A stretch of 64,000 nt of DNA, taken from the sequence record NZ_CP026049.1; one strand, written 5' to 3'. This document shows positions 19,713 to 31,355 of the stretch, piece after piece. Position numbers and translations under genes: made by a program. Within the stretch, counting starts at the first letter, position 1; every line of letters begins with the position of its first letter. The notes beneath the pieces are model-generated. The model searched no databases and had not been told where the DNA came from. It saw only the letters and a program-made list of their open reading frames with translations. The DNA comes from a plasmid.

Positions 19713-20522
19713 TCACATTCCGGGCTTGCCGTACTCCTCTCGTCCCCACTGCAACGCAGTATTAATCAACCTCTCCAGCAGTTGTTGCGCCTGCAGCCCT
19801 TTCTCCGGAAGATAAGCAAAGCTCTCCTCATCCATATAGCAGCACTGGGCCATTTCTAGCTGAACTGCATGAATATGGTTGACGGGATCGCCATAGTGAC
19901 GGGTGATATATCCGCCTTTAAAGCGGCCATTGAGTATCCGGCTATACTGCGGGAACGCACTGCAGCTTGCCAGCAGCGCCTGGCTGAGCTGCGTCGAACA
20001 GCTGGCGCCGTCCGCCGTACCAAAGTTCAGATCCGGCAGGCGCCCTTCAAACAAGCGCGGCACCACGGATTTGATCGAGTGTGCATCCCACAACAGCGCA
20101 TAGCCAAATTTCTCACGCAGGCGTGCCAGTTCAGCGGCAAGCGCCTGGTGATAAGGCTGCCAGACCTGTTTTAGGATCGCGTCCTTCGCCGCCGCGTCAG
20201 GCGCACCGCCCGGCACGAACAGGGCTTCGCCGTCAAAAAAGATATCGGTAAACAGCCCGGTTGTCGCCGTGCTGTAAAGCGGTTTATCATCCGCCGGGCG
20301 ATTGATATCCACCACATAGCGGGAATAGCGGGCGCATAACGTGCTGGCCCCCATGTCCGCGATGGTCTTATAGAGCAAGGGAACATGCCAGTCGGTATCT
20401 TCCAGACGCTTCGCCCTCGGCGTGAGTCCCTGGTCGACTTCGGGGGTTAATAACGTTCCCGGATGGGGCATACTGACCAGCAGGGGCAGGTTCCCCTGCC
20501 GCAAATCAAACGCCTTAATCAC
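19713..20522 (-). CDS. hutG: N-formylglutamate amidohydrolase (formylglutamate deformylase)
   Basis: The gene is 269 aa, in the FGase family. It overlaps the hutI stop and sits in a hut operon context. Confidence 0.85.
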   Translation of the reverse strand: MIKAFDLRQGNLPLLVSMPHPGTLLTPEVDQGLTPRAKRLEDTDWHVPLLYKTIADMGASTLCARYSRYVVDINRPADDKPLYSTATTGLFTDIFFDGEALFVPGGAPDAAAKDAILKQVWQPYHQALAAELARLREKFGYALLWDAHSIKSVVPRLFEGRLPDLNFGTADGASCSTQLSQALLASCSAFPQYSRILNGRFKGGYITRHYGDPVNHIHAVQLEMAQCCYMDEESFAYLPEKGLQAQQLLERLINTALQWGREEYGKPGM

Positions 20523-21723
20523 AATAAACCTCCTTACCTTGATAAATCACCTGTTTCGAAAGGGAGCCTCCCAGCCAGTAGCTTAGCTCCGCCGGATGAG
20601 CGATATCCCACGCCACGAAGCTGGCCTCTTTTCCGGCTTCCAGAGAACCGCAAACTGTATCCAGCCCCAGCGCCTTCGCGCCGTTAAGCGTCACGCCAGC
20701 CAACGCCTCTTCCGGCGTCATGCGGAATAGCGTACAGGCCATATTCATCATCAGACGCAGGGACAACACCGGCGAGGTGCCGGGATTTAAATCGCTGGCG
20801 AGGGCAATCGGCACCCTGTACTGACGCAGCAGATCCAGCGGCGGTAGCTGTTTCTCACGCAGGAAGTAATAGGCGCCCGGCAGCAGCACCGCCACCGTCC
20901 CATGGCGTGCCATTACGGCGACATCTTCTTCGCACAAATATTCCAGATGATCCGCCGACAGCGCATGGTAGCGAGCGGCCAACGCCGCCCCATGCTGTAG
21001 CGTTAGCTGTTCAGCATGGAGCTTCACTGGCAACCCCAGTTCCCGGGCTTTCTGAAAGACCCGCTCCACTTGCGAGGGCGAAAATGCCAGGTGTTCGCAG
21101 AACGCATCCACCGCATCCACCAGCCCTTCCTGATGCAGTTCCGGCAGCAGTCGTTCGCAAATATAGTCAATCCAGGCATCCGCCCGCTCCTGATACTCGA
21201 CGGGCACCGCATGGGCCGCCAGGCAGGTACTGCGCACGGTCAGCGGCACTATGTCGCCTAAACGGCGGATCACCCGCAGCATTTTACGTTCGTTAGCCAG
21301 ATCCAGGCCGTAGCCGGATTTGATCTCCAGCGCCGTTACGCCGTCCCGGCACAGCTCCCGGATACGCTGCCGCGCGCTCTCCAGCAACTGGCTTTCGCTG
21401 GCCTGTCGCGTGGCGTTGACTGTACTGGCGATCCCACCGCCGCCGGCCGCGATCTCCGCATAGCTCGCCCCGTTGAGACGCATTTCAAATTCCCGGGCCC
21501 GGTCGCCGCCAAACACTGCGTGGCTATGACAATCCACCAGTCCCGGCGTGACCACCCTGCCCTGCAAATCCACCTGCTGCGCAACGGGCAAGTCCGGCAT
21601 TTCTGCCCGGTTCCCGACCCATAACAGCACTGCGCCGTCGGTCAGCATCGCGCCATCGTTAAGCAACTGATAATGCCCTGCGGCCATGGTGGCGATCCGG
21701 CAGTGGTGCCAAAGGGTATACAT
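20515..21723 (-). CDS. hutI: imidazolonepropionase
   Basis: The gene is 402 aa. It has the metal-dependent amidohydrolase signature …[11 protein letters not shown]… and typical HutI length. Confidence 0.9.
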   Translation of the reverse strand: MYTLWHHCRIATMAAGHYQLLNDGAMLTDGAVLLWVGNRAEMPDLPVAQQVDLQGRVVTPGLVDCHSHAVFGGDRAREFEMRLNGASYAEIAAGGGGIASTVNATRQASESQLLESARQRIRELCRDGVTALEIKSGYGLDLANERKMLRVIRRLGDIVPLTVRSTCLAAHAVPVEYQERADAWIDYICERLLPELHQEGLVDAVDAFCEHLAFSPSQVERVFQKARELGLPVKLHAEQLTLQHGAALAARYHALSADHLEYLCEEDVAVMARHGTVAVLLPGAYYFLREKQLPPLDLLRQYRVPIALASDLNPGTSPVLSLRLMMNMACTLFRMTPEEALAGVTLNGAKALGLDTVCGSLEAGKEASFVAWDIAHPAELSYWLGGSLSKQVIYQGKEVYCD

Positions 21724-21734
21724 GACGCTCTCCT

Positions 21735-23126
21735 TTAACGACTGATGGCGGCGACAGCCGCCGCGGACGGCGCTTTGCGCAGGACATAGTAGAGCCCCGC
21801 CGGAAGCGCCAGCCCAATGAGCCAGGAGATATCGATACCGCCCAGCATCTTCACGAATGGGCCGGAATAGAATCCACTATCAATAAACGGCGTCTGTACC
21901 GCCACTCCAACGAGATAAACCCCGAGCCCCGTCACATTCCACGCCCGATATTTCCCGTTCGGATCGTTCAGCGCCTCCATGTCTATCGCCTGATGGTTGA
22001 AAAAATAGTAATCCACCAGGTTAATCGCGCTCCACGGTGTAAAGAAAGTCAACAGGAACAACAGGAAGGATTTAAACGCCGACAGGAAAGAGTGTTGCCC
22101 GATAATCGCGATAGCGGTCGCCAGGGTAATAATCATCGCCAACACCAGCAGACGTACCGACTGGCTTACGCGCACTCGCTGCTTCCCGCAGCTGTACACC
22201 GTCGCCAGGCACATCAGGCTGCCGTAGGCATTCAGGGTATTGATCGTCAGTTTACCAAACGCGATGCTCAGATATAACAGCGTGGCAATCGCGCCGGTGC
22301 CGCCCAGGCCGACGATATAGTCCACCTCATGACCGACCAGTTTTCCCTGAGAGAGAGCGGCAGCCAGCACCCCGACGGTCATGGCGATTTGCGCGCCAAT
22401 CACCGAACCGCTCCCGACGGCGAAAAAGACCTTCCCGGGAGAGGTGCTGCGCGGCAGATAGCGGGAATAATCGGCAACATAGGGGCCAAAGGTGATCTGC
22501 CAGGAAGCCGCAAGGCCGGTGGCGGTTAAAAACGTACTCCAGCTAAAGGGTCGGATACTCAGCAGGTCGCCAATAGCCGGAAAGGCACTGATTTTCCACA
22601 GCAGGTAGATAAACGCGATAATCCCCACCAGGCTTGCCAGCTTACCCAACAGGTGGATCAACCGATAGCCGACGTAGGCGATAACCAGCGTGGCGGCAGC
22701 AAAAAGCAGAATGCCGCTGGTTTCCGTAGTATGGAAAACCGCTGAGATCGCCTGGCCGGACAGCACCGCCCCGGTGGCGATAAAGCCAAGGTACATCAGG
22801 CAGACCAGCAGAATCGGCAGGCAGGCGCCGTAGACGCCGAACTGTACCCGGCTGCTGATCATCTGTGGTATCCCCAGCTGCGGCCCTTGCGCGGCATGCA
22901 ATGCCATCACAATCCCACCGGCAATCTGCCCCAGCATAAGACCGGCCAGCGACCAGAAAACATCCCCGCCGAATACAATCGTTAATGCGCCAGTGACCAT
23001 GGCGGTAATTTGCAGGTTAGCCCCCAGCCACAGGGTGAACTGGCTAAAAATGCTACCGTGGCGTTCACCGTCAGGGATGGGTTCAATAGAACGTGTTTCG
23101 ATGTATGTTGTGTTGTTATTATTCAT
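21735..23126 (-). CDS. NCS1-family permease embedded in the hut operon (HutT-like urocanate/histidine transporter candidate)
   Basis: It is a 12-TM NCS1 permease (…[19 protein letters not shown]…). The start was moved to MNNNNTT, which has better spacing after the hutU stop. Confidence 0.8.
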   Translation of the reverse strand: MNNNNTTYIETRSIEPIPDGERHGSIFSQFTLWLGANLQITAMVTGALTIVFGGDVFWSLAGLMLGQIAGGIVMALHAAQGPQLGIPQMISSRVQFGVYGACLPILLVCLMYLGFIATGAVLSGQAISAVFHTTETSGILLFAAATLVIAYVGYRLIHLLGKLASLVGIIAFIYLLWKISAFPAIGDLLSIRPFSWSTFLTATGLAASWQITFGPYVADYSRYLPRSTSPGKVFFAVGSGSVIGAQIAMTVGVLAAALSQGKLVGHEVDYIVGLGGTGAIATLLYLSIAFGKLTINTLNAYGSLMCLATVYSCGKQRVRVSQSVRLLVLAMIITLATAIAIIGQHSFLSAFKSFLLFLLTFFTPWSAINLVDYYFFNHQAIDMEALNDPNGKYRAWNVTGLGVYLVGVAVQTPFIDSGFYSGPFVKMLGGIDISWLIGLALPAGLYYVLRKAPSAAAVAAISR

Positions 23127-23178
23127 GGCTGCACTCCGGTGAGGCGAAGGGGATACATTGCCCCCTTCGCCGGAGAAA

Positions 23179-24855
23179 TTAATCCGCAATCATTGGCAGG
23201 TTAAGTCCTTGCTCTCTGGCGCATTCAATCGCGATGTCATAACCCGCATCCGCATGGCGCATCACACCGGTGGCCGGATCGTTGCTCAGCACCCGGGCAA
23301 TACGTTCCGCCGCTGCATCGCTGCCGTCGCAGACAATGACGACGCCGGAGTGCTGGGAGAAGCCCATCCCTACGCCGCCGCCATGGTGCAGGGAAACCCA
23401 GGTCGCGCCACTGGCGGTATTCAGCAGCGCGTTCAGCAATGGCCAGTCGGATACCGCGTCGGAGCCGTCCTGCATCGCTTCCGTTTCGCGGTTAGGGCTG
23501 GCAACGGAGCCGGAGTCAAGATGATCGCGGCCGATCACGATTGGCGCCGACAGCTCGCCGCTGCGGACCATTTCGTTAAACGCCAGGCCCAGACGGGCGC
23601 GCTGCCCCAAGCCGACCCAGCAGATGCGGGCCGGCAGCCCCTGGAAGCTGATGCGCTCTCTGGCCATATCCAGCCAGTGGTGGAGGTGTTCGTCGTCGGG
23701 GATCAGCTCTTTAACTTTCGCGTCGGTGCGGTAGATATCCTGCGGATCGCCGGAAAGCGCCGCCCAGCGGAATGGGCCAATACCCCGGCAAAACAGCGGA
23801 CGAATATAGGCGGGAACAAAGCCTGGGAAGTCAAAAGCGTTTTCCACCCCCATCTCTTTCGCCATCTGGCGGATGTTGTTGCCGTAATCGAAGGTGGGAA
23901 TCTCCTGCTGCTGGAAGGCGAGCATGGCTTTAACGTGTTCGGCCATTGAGGCTTTCGCCGCGTGGATCGTCTCCACCGGGTGGGACTGCGCGCGTGCGCG
24001 GTAGTCTTCCCAGCTCATGCCCAGCGGCAGATAACCGTTGAGGGGATCGTGTGCGCTGGTCTGGTCGGTCACCATGTCCGGGCGCACGCCGCGTCTTACC
24101 AGCTCCGGTAAAATTTCCGCCGCGTTGCCATGCAGCGCGATGGATACCGCTTCTCCTTTTGCGGTATAGCGGGCAATGCGGGTCAGGGCGTCATCCAGGT
24201 CGCTCGCCTGCTCATCGACATAGCCGGTACGCAGACGGAAGTCGATACGCGACTGCTGGCATTCAATATTCAGCGAACAGGCTCCCGCCAGGGTTGCGGC
24301 CAGCGGCTGGGCGCCGCCCATCCCCCCCAGACCCGCAGTCAGCACCCAGCGTCCGCGCAGGCTACCGTTATAGTGCTGGCGCCCGGCTTCCACAAACGTT
24401 TCGTAAGTGCCCTGAACAATGCCCTGGCTTCCGATGTAGATCCATGAGCCGGCCGTCATTTGCCCGTACATCGCCAGACCTTTTGCATCAAGCTCGTTGA
24501 AGTGCTCCCAGTTTGCCCAGTGCGGCACGAGGTTCGAGTTGGCGATCAGCACCCGCGGGGCATTGTCGTGGGTTTTGAAAACCCCCACCGGTTTACCGGA
24601 CTGGATCAGCAGCGTTTCATCATCATTGAGCTGCTTCAGGGTCTCCACGATCTTGTCGTAGCATTCCCAGTTGCGGGCCGCCCGGCCAATACCGCCGTAC
24701 ACCACCAGCTCTTTTGGATTTTCGGCGACATCGGGATCCAGGTTGTTCATCAGCATGCGCAGCGGCGCCTCTGTGAACCAACTTTTTGCGTTCAGCTTAG
24801 TGCCTCGCGGGGCTCTGATTTCAATATCGCGAAAACGGGTTGCTTGTTTACTCAT
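23179..24855 (-). CDS. hutU: urocanate hydratase (urocanase)
   Basis: The gene is 558 aa, collinear with enterobacterial HutU. Confidence 0.95.
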   Translation of the reverse strand: MSKQATRFRDIEIRAPRGTKLNAKSWFTEAPLRMLMNNLDPDVAENPKELVVYGGIGRAARNWECYDKIVETLKQLNDDETLLIQSGKPVGVFKTHDNAPRVLIANSNLVPHWANWEHFNELDAKGLAMYGQMTAGSWIYIGSQGIVQGTYETFVEAGRQHYNGSLRGRWVLTAGLGGMGGAQPLAATLAGACSLNIECQQSRIDFRLRTGYVDEQASDLDDALTRIARYTAKGEAVSIALHGNAAEILPELVRRGVRPDMVTDQTSAHDPLNGYLPLGMSWEDYRARAQSHPVETIHAAKASMAEHVKAMLAFQQQEIPTFDYGNNIRQMAKEMGVENAFDFPGFVPAYIRPLFCRGIGPFRWAALSGDPQDIYRTDAKVKELIPDDEHLHHWLDMARERISFQGLPARICWVGLGQRARLGLAFNEMVRSGELSAPIVIGRDHLDSGSVASPNRETEAMQDGSDAVSDWPLLNALLNTASGATWVSLHHGGGVGMGFSQHSGVVIVCDGSDAAAERIARVLSNDPATGVMRHADAGYDIAIECAREQGLNLPMIAD

Positions 24856-24924
24856 GCGCTTTACCTTCTTATCTGTAACCTGTCATATGCTACTTAATCG
24901 TAAATTTTATTTTTTACGGCTTAG

Positions 24925-24938
24925 TTGTGTATACATGA
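24925..24938. promoter_or_regulatory. putative HutC operator upstream of hutU
   Basis: ttgtgtatacatga contains the TGTATACA palindrome, which resembles the HutC operator core. It lies in the AT-rich hutU 5' region. Confidence 0.4.
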
Positions 24939-25201
24939 TAAGCATATTGAGTGCCAGGTTAGTAATAAATTTATAAAACCCATAAAATACAGCAAGTTAA
25001 CATTAAATCAGAGAGGCATCCTGCGCTATACCATCGTGAACACACTGTGGTGATGTGCCATTATGGTGCAAAAATACAGCTCTCTGCCTTATTTTTGTGC
25101 ACCAAAACATCACAAAAAGATAACACCAGTGCATTTTCTATCTCGTCATGACTTCTTATCTCGCCATAAACGGCAGTACCCTATAACGGAAAAATACACT
25201 A

Positions 25202-26360
25202 ATGAATTGTTTTAAATCACTAAATAACCATCTTGTTGCGTATTTCACTGGTACTGACGCAAGCGTTTTTATTGTACATACAAGATTACCTATAGCAGAA
25301 TTTTGTCGCGTGACTCCCCTGCACTCGGGAACACCACACACAACAATCAGACGCGTGAAGACGATTACCTTCCAGAATGTGGCTGAGCACTACGACAACG
25401 GTTCGATCGAAGTAAATGGCCTTAGCCTGGTAGCACAGTGTGGCAATATTAGGGTATTTGTCGGCCCTTCGGGCTGTGGAAAACCACCTTGTTGCGGATA
25501 ATTAACCGGTTACTGGAATCGTTATGCAGGATTTGGCCCGATAACGGTTCCAGTAACCGAGCAAATGGATATCGTGCGACTGCGCCACTAAAAGTAAAGC
25601 CAGAGCCGGGGGAATTACTGGAAGTCGTCGGTCTGGATCCGCAAATCGCCAAACCTTCCGCTGACAGCTTTCCGGAGGCCAGCAGCAGCGCGTGGGCGTT
25701 GCCCGCGCCCTGGCGGCAGACCCGGAGTTTATGTTGATGGACGAACCGTTCAGCGCGGTCGACCCGGTGGTCCGCGAACAGCTGCAGGAAAAGTTTTTGT
25801 GTATTCAGAAAGAGGTGAGCAAAACCATCATTATGGTCACTCACGATATTGATGAAGCCATGAAGCTCGGCGACCTGGTCGCGGTACTTAAACCTGGCGG
25901 CAAGCTGGCGCAGATGGCCTCTCCTGGCGAACTGCTCAATACGCCGCAAAACGCCTTTGTGTCGGACTTTATCGGCAAAGACAGAGGCTATCGCAAACTG
26001 AGTTTCCACGCCTCCGACACAGAAACCGGGTTACGCAACTAGCCCTATGCCGAGCTGGACTGTTCCTTCGAGCAGGCCAATGAGATGACCATCGACCGCT
26101 GGCTGCTGGTTACCCAAAACGGCAAAGCGTTTGGCTGGTTCGACACCCATCAGCCGGCAACAGCAATTACCCACGACAACATCAATCTGGGGGCGACGTT
26201 CCACCAGCAAGGGAGCCCGTTGCGCCATTTACTGGACGCTGCACTGAGCTCGCCCAACCACCGGGCCGTGATCGTCGATGAACGGCAAATCCCGCAGGGG
26301 ACCATCCACCTCGATCAAGTACTCGACATGTGTAAATCCACGCGCAAGGAGGGAGCATGA
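25202..26360 (+). pseudogene. ProV-like ABC ATPase with CBS domains (HutV-like), multiple frameshifts
   Basis: Walker A GPSGCGK is followed by a frameshift (PPCCG*). [38 protein letters not shown] and the CBS-domain tail appear across three frames (ORFs 25202-25501, 25489-25737, 25692-26042, 26085-26360). Confidence 0.75.
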
Positions 26361-26431
26361 GATTCGATTGGCTATGGGCGCAGAGCGATTAAATCTTCAA
26401 CCTGTTTCTCTGGCACAGCTATCTCGCAATT

Positions 26432-27000
26432 GTGCAGGTAGTAATAGGGGTAATTCTGGCGCCCCCTGTAGCCTGGGGCATTCACCACCTGCCATCGGTC
26501 AAGCCGGCGATCGTTAACCTGTTTGGCATACTGTATACCATTCGGTCACTGGCGCTGTTTGTGCTGCTGCCCCCGCTGCTCTACACGCAGATTCTGGACC
26601 CCATTAATGTTGTTGTCGCACTTGCCATCGGCAGCTTTGCGCTACTGGTTTGCACCGTCTGCGACGGGCTGAACTCCGTATCGGCCGATACCCGTCAGTC
26701 CGCGGCAGCGCTCGGGTATAAACCCGCCCAGCAGTTTTTCCAGAACGACCCGCCGCTGGCCGTGCCGGTGATTCGTTACGGTCTGTGCGTTGCCGTGGTG
26801 TTTAAGGTCAGAATCGTTTCCGTCGCGGCATTAATTGGCACACCACAGCTCGGCTCGCTGTTTACCCTGGTGCTTCCTGCTGCAATTTCTGACTCCCATC
26901 ATCGGTGGGATCGCGGACAGCATCATTCTGGCGCTGCTGCTGTATATGCTGGTGGTTTACGCCACTCATCAACTCAGCAGCTGGCAACCTCAGAGAGGAT
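26432..27000 (+). pseudogene. ProW-like ABC permease (HutW-like), frameshifted and fused in-frame to the hutH remnant
   Basis: The TM-rich N-terminus (ILAPPVAWGIHHLPS…LALFVLLPPLLYTQI) degenerates after ~aa 100. Confidence 0.65.
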
Positions 27001-27571
27001 AATTATGCTTCAGGACTCGCTTAGTATACGCTGTATCCCCCAGATCCGCGGTGCGCCAACGGCGCTGGCCGTTGCGATTGCCCAGTTGAGCACCGCTTCC
27101 CAGGCCCGTTGCGACCGAATAACCAATACGCATCTCAGCGGGCTGCCGGCCTTTCTTATCTCGCCGGATTCGGGGTACTCCGGGATGATGATCCCACCCT
27201 ACGTCGCCGCTGCGCTGGCGGGCGATAACCGCAGTCTGGCCGGCCCGGTCAGTATCCACACGGTGTCCACCTGCGCCGGTCAGGAAGATCATGTCAGCAT
27301 GTGGAGGTTGCCGCCGCACGCAAAGCGCTTCAGGCGGTAGAAACGCCGTGGACATCGTCGCCATCGAACTGCTGTGCGCCTGTCAGGCGCTGAAGTTCCA
27401 TCGCCCGCTGCGTGCCGCCGTGGGCAGCGAGGCGACGCTGGAGAGAGTGCGTCAGGCGTGCCGTTTCGGGATAAAGATACGCTGCTCTACCCCGATATAC
27501 ATGCGCTACGCGCCCTGATTCATCAGGGCGAACTCAGCGCGATGCTGCAGGCATTGTGCGAAGAGGAGTGA
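27001..27571 (+). pseudogene. hutH: histidine ammonia-lyase 3' fragment, frameshifted
   Basis: …LSGLPAFL…SGMMIPPYVAAALAGDNRSLAGPVSIHTVSTCAGQEDHVSM matches HutH residues ~300-380. The C-terminal end (…ALRALIHQGELSAM…) is in other frames (ORFs 27291-27518, 27374-27571). The N-terminal half is absent. Confidence 0.7.
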
Positions 27572-27604
27572 CAACAGGCGCCGCAGATGGAGCCTGCAGC
27601 GTGA

Positions 27605-28162
27605 TTAAAGGGGAACCAGCGTGATGCGGGCCAGACGCACGCCCGGAGAGTCCTGGATAACCAGCGCCACCGCTTCATCCACCAGCAGGCTGTCGTAATG
27701 TTCCAGTAAATAGCGTTGGTCGCCGACGCTCACCCGCAACGCGGGCCCGGCATTAAACAATAACCGCAGTCCGCCCTGATACGACCACGTTCCCGCCCCG
27801 CACCAGCTTACCGTCGCCCGCAGAGCGGCTTCCCGGTAAATCACATTAAAATCCAGCAGCGGGCCGCCGACAATCTCACAGGATACGCCGCTCGCGCCGT
27901 TGAACCCCAGCGCCTGGAAAGGCGCAATCAATGCGCTGCGCTGCCCATCAATTGTCAGGTACATCCCGCCGCCTTCCAGCACGCTGATATTGCGCAGGTA
28001 GCCGGGAAATGTGGAGAACGGACCAGGCTGGCGAATGGTCGCCAGGGATATACGCCATTCATATTCTCCCGATTCCGGATAGCGGGCCACTTCGCGCGTC
28101 ACGCCCAGGCCGTTTTTCCAGGGCATTTCCGTATACAACCCGGCAGGGAGCAGACGGATCAT
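27605..28162 (-). CDS. hutD: HutD (hut operon cupin-like protein)
   Basis: The gene is 185 aa from MIRLLPAGLYTEMPWKNGLG… and HutD-like. Its ATG overlaps the hutC stop (ATGA). Confidence 0.8.
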   Translation of the reverse strand: MIRLLPAGLYTEMPWKNGLGVTREVARYPESGEYEWRISLATIRQPGPFSTFPGYLRNISVLEGGGMYLTIDGQRSALIAPFQALGFNGASGVSCEIVGGPLLDFNVIYREAALRATVSWCGAGTWSYQGGLRLLFNAGPALRVSVGDQRYLLEHYDSLLVDEAVALVIQDSPGVRLARITLVPL

Positions 28163-28920
28163 TTGCGCATGCTCCCTTCCAGACGGTAACGCGGACCGGG
28201 ATAGACCAGGCGCACGCTGGTGACGATTTTCTTCTCCTGACGGCCGGTCCACGTCCGACGATTGACCAGCAGACAAGGCGTATGTTCATCAATTTCCAGG
28301 TAAACACACTCGGCCCGCGTGACGTTGACCGCTTCAATAACGTGTTCGCCTTCAACAATCGGCGCAATTGAGGAGAGATAGGCGTTCGGCGTGATACGTG
28401 TAAAATCCTGCTGCAGGTAGTCAGGCACAACCTGCATATTCACCAGTCGGTCTTCCAGCATAACCGGTACGCCATTTTCATAATGGCAAATCAGCGAATG
28501 GTACAGACCGCAACCCTGCTGCATGCCAAAGCTGAACGCCTGCTGGGCATCGGCTTCGATTTCCGTCAGTCTGAAAACTCTGGCGTGGTGGCGATGGCCA
28601 CGGCTGACGATTTCGTCAGCGATATTGTTAATGTCCAGCAGCGCCGACTGACCGCGAATTTCGGCGACAAAAGTACCAACCCCCTGCATTCGCACCAGCA
28701 AGCCCTCCGCGGTCAGTTCTCGCAACGCGCGGTTAATCGTCATCCTGCTATAACCAAACAGCGTAACCAGTTCGCTTTCAGAGGGAACACGGTAATTCGC
28801 TGGCCATGCCCCGCTGTGGATCTTGGTTTTGATCATGACCTTAACCCTTTCATAAAAGGGGGCGGGATGTTCAAGTATCTCATCCACGGAATCCGAATTT
28901 GACAAGTCATTACGCGCCAT
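28159..28920 (-). CDS. hutC: GntR-family histidine utilisation repressor
   Basis: The gene is 253 aa. It has a GntR HTH (…LVTLFGYSRMTINRALRELTAEGLL…) and a UTRA effector domain. Confidence 0.9.
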   Translation of the reverse strand: MARNDLSNSDSVDEILEHPAPFYERVKVMIKTKIHSGAWPANYRVPSESELVTLFGYSRMTINRALRELTAEGLLVRMQGVGTFVAEIRGQSALLDINNIADEIVSRGHRHHARVFRLTEIEADAQQAFSFGMQQGCGLYHSLICHYENGVPVMLEDRLVNMQVVPDYLQQDFTRITPNAYLSSIAPIVEGEHVIEAVNVTRAECVYLEIDEHTPCLLVNRRTWTGRQEKKIVTSVRLVYPGPRYRLEGSMRK

Positions 28921-28968
28921 TAACTATTCCTCATATGCTGACGTTGTCAGTTTACTCTATGACCTGTT

Positions 28969-28992
28969 AGATGTATATATATGTACAAGTAT
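28969..28992. promoter_or_regulatory. putative HutC operator in the hutC-hutF divergent intergenic region
   Basis: agatgtatatatatgtacaagtat is a near-palindrome resembling the Pseudomonas HutC box (TTGTATATACAA-like). Confidence 0.4.
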
Positions 28993-29018
28993 ATTAGCAC
29001 TAATAATAAGGTGGTAAA

Positions 29019-30386
29019 ATGGCAGTCTGGTTGGCAGAAAAAGCGCTTTTGTCTGATGGCTGGGCAAATAACGTCGGCATAACCGTGTCCGAAGAAGGCA
29101 TCATAACCGCGCTGGAAAAGAACGCAGCGCCGAGTCCGCATGCGACGCGCATCAAAGGGGTCGTCGTGCCGGGTATGCCAAACCTGCACTCCCATGCCTT
29201 CCAGCGGGCGATGGCCGGGTTAACGGAGGTCGCGGGAAACCCGTCGGATAGCTTCTGGACCTGGCGGGATCTGATGTACAGGCTGGTAGATAAAATTACG
29301 CCAGAACAGCTGGAAACCATCGCCAGCTATCTGTACATCGAAATGCTCAAAGCCGGGTACACCTCGGTCGCCGAATTCCACTATCTGCATCACAGCAGCA
29401 GCGGCGCGCCTTATGAAGAGCGGACGGAATTAGCGCTGCGTATCGCCAGAGCAGCGAAACATACCGGCATCGGCCTGACGCTGCTGCCTGTCCTGTACAG
29501 TTACGCCGGGTTTGGCGCGCAGCCGCCCTCCGTTGGACAGCGCCGCTTTATCAACGATAGCGACAGCTACCTGACAATGTACGAGTCGCTCACATCGCGG
29601 CTGGCCGGTGAGCCAATGCAGCGTACCGGTCTGTGCTTCCACTCATTACGGGCCGTTACGCCGGAGCAGATTGGCGCCATTCTGGCATGCCATCCTGGCC
29701 AGCAGCCGATTCATATTCATATTGCTGAACAGCAAAAAGAGGTGGATGACTGCCTGGCCTGGTCCGGCGAGCGCCCGGTGGAGTGGCTGTACAACCATCT
29801 CCCCGTGGATTCGCGCTGGTGCCTGATCCACGCCACTCATCTGACGCCTCAGGAAACGATGAAGATCGCCACATCCGGTGCGGTGGCCGGCCTGTGCCTG
29901 ACCACCGAAGCCAATCTCGGCGATGGCATATTCCCCGGCCCACAATATCTGGAGAATAACGGCGTCTGGGGAATTGGTTCCGACAGCCACATTAGCGTCA
30001 GCGTCAGCGAGGATTTACGCTGGTTCGAATACGGGCAGCGCCTGATAGCCCAGCGCCGCAACCGGCTCATCGTCCCAGGCGAGCCTCACGTTGGCAACGT
30101 GCTGTATCAAGGGGCACTACGAGGCGGCGCCAGAGCGCTGGGCCAAAACATTGGCCAGCTAAGCGTAGGATATCGGGCCGATCTGGTCGTATTGGATAGC
30201 CAGAACCCCTTTATCGCCAGCGCAGAAGACCAGATGCTGCTCAACCGTTGGATCTTCGCCTGTTCATCTAATCCCATTACCGCGGTGATGACTGGCGGAC
30301 GCTGGGTGATTGAGGATGGGCATCACCATCAAGAAGAATCTGTCTCACAGGCATTTATTCAGGTAATGAAACATCTTGCAGTCTGA
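29019..30386 (+). CDS. hutF: formiminoglutamate deiminase
   Basis: The gene is 455 aa, in the amidohydrolase/HutF family (…MPNLHSHAFQRAMAG…). It is divergent from hutC, as in Pseudomonas hut loci. Confidence 0.85.
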   Translation: MAVWLAEKALLSDGWANNVGITVSEEGIITALEKNAAPSPHATRIKGVVVPGMPNLHSHAFQRAMAGLTEVAGNPSDSFWTWRDLMYRLVDKITPEQLETIASYLYIEMLKAGYTSVAEFHYLHHSSSGAPYEERTELALRIARAAKHTGIGLTLLPVLYSYAGFGAQPPSVGQRRFINDSDSYLTMYESLTSRLAGEPMQRTGLCFHSLRAVTPEQIGAILACHPGQQPIHIHIAEQQKEVDDCLAWSGERPVEWLYNHLPVDSRWCLIHATHLTPQETMKIATSGAVAGLCLTTEANLGDGIFPGPQYLENNGVWGIGSDSHISVSVSEDLRWFEYGQRLIAQRRNRLIVPGEPHVGNVLYQGALRGGARALGQNIGQLSVGYRADLVVLDSQNPFIASAEDQMLLNRWIFACSSNPITAVMTGGRWVIEDGHHHQEESVSQAFIQVMKHLAV

Positions 30387-30395
30387 CATCGAAAA

Positions 30396-30428
30396 AACCG
30401 GTTCAACGACGGTGAACCGGTTTTGTTT
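30396..30428 (+). terminator. rho-independent terminator after hutF
   Basis: A perfect 10-bp stem (aaccggttca / tgaaccggtt) with loop acgacg is followed by tttgtttct. Confidence 0.65.
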
Positions 30429-30593
30429 CTGAATGAAGTTTAAATAATTCAAATGATTTTACTAACGGGATCATGTCGGTCGTGAAGCATCGCCCCTCTT
30501 GCTTGGCTTCACTCCTTGCAATTCAGGAGGTGAATACCTTTTAATGCAGAATTACAAGTTTCTGGTTATCTCATGAATCAATATGCTATTTAG

Positions 30594-31355
30594 GGTAATG
30601 ACTCCAAATTATTGATAGTGTTTTATGTTCAGATAATGCCCGATGACTTTGTCATGCAACTCCACCGATTTTGAGAACGACAGCGACTTCCGTCCCAGCC
30701 TTGCCAGATGCTGCCTCAGATTCAGGTTATGCCGCTCATTTCGCTGCGTATATCGCTTTCTGATAACGTGCAGTTTTCCCTTCAGGCGGGATTCATACAG
30801 TGGCCAGCCATCCGTCATCCATATCACCCAAAGGGTGACAGCAGGCTCATAAGACGCTCCAGCGTCGCTATAGTGCGTTCACCGAATACGTGCGCAACAA
30901 CCGTCTTCCGGAGCCTGTCATACGCGTAAAACAGCCAGCGCTGCCGCGATTTAGCCCCGACGTAGCCCCACTGTTCGTCCATTTCCGCGCAGACGATGAC
31001 GTCACTGCCCGGCTGTATGCGCGAGGTTACCGACTGCAGCCTGAGTTTTTAAGTGACGTAAAATCGTGTTGAGGCCAACGCCCATAATGCGGGCGGTTGC
31101 CCGGCATCCAACACCATTCATGGCCATATCAATGATTTTCTGGTGCGTACCGGGTTGAGAGGCGGTGTAAGTGAACTGTAGCTGCCATGTTTTACGGCAG
31201 TGAGAGCAGAGATAGCGCTGATGTTCGGCAGTGCTTTTGCCGTTCGCACCACCCCGTCAGTAGCTGAACAGGAGGGACAGCTGATAAAAACAGAAGCCAC
31301 TGGAGCACCTCAAAAACACCATCATACGCTTAATCAGTAAGTTGGCAGCATCACC
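30594..31355 (-). mobile_element. IS1 copy (~762 bp), degenerate, with insA/insB frames broken
   Basis: The IS1 ends are ggtaatgactccaa at 30594 and ggcagcatcacc at 31344-31355. InsB-like (30609-30827) and InsA-like (31118-31300, [19 protein letters not shown]…) fragments carry frameshifts. Confidence 0.85.

Noticed and set aside
23158-23949. 263-aa plus-strand ORF opposite hutU, and similar antisense ORFs opposite hutI/hutG (20907-21296, 21016-21261, 19869-20174)
   Set aside because: They are antisense to strongly supported hut genes. The translations are low-complexity Arg/Gly/Ala-rich.
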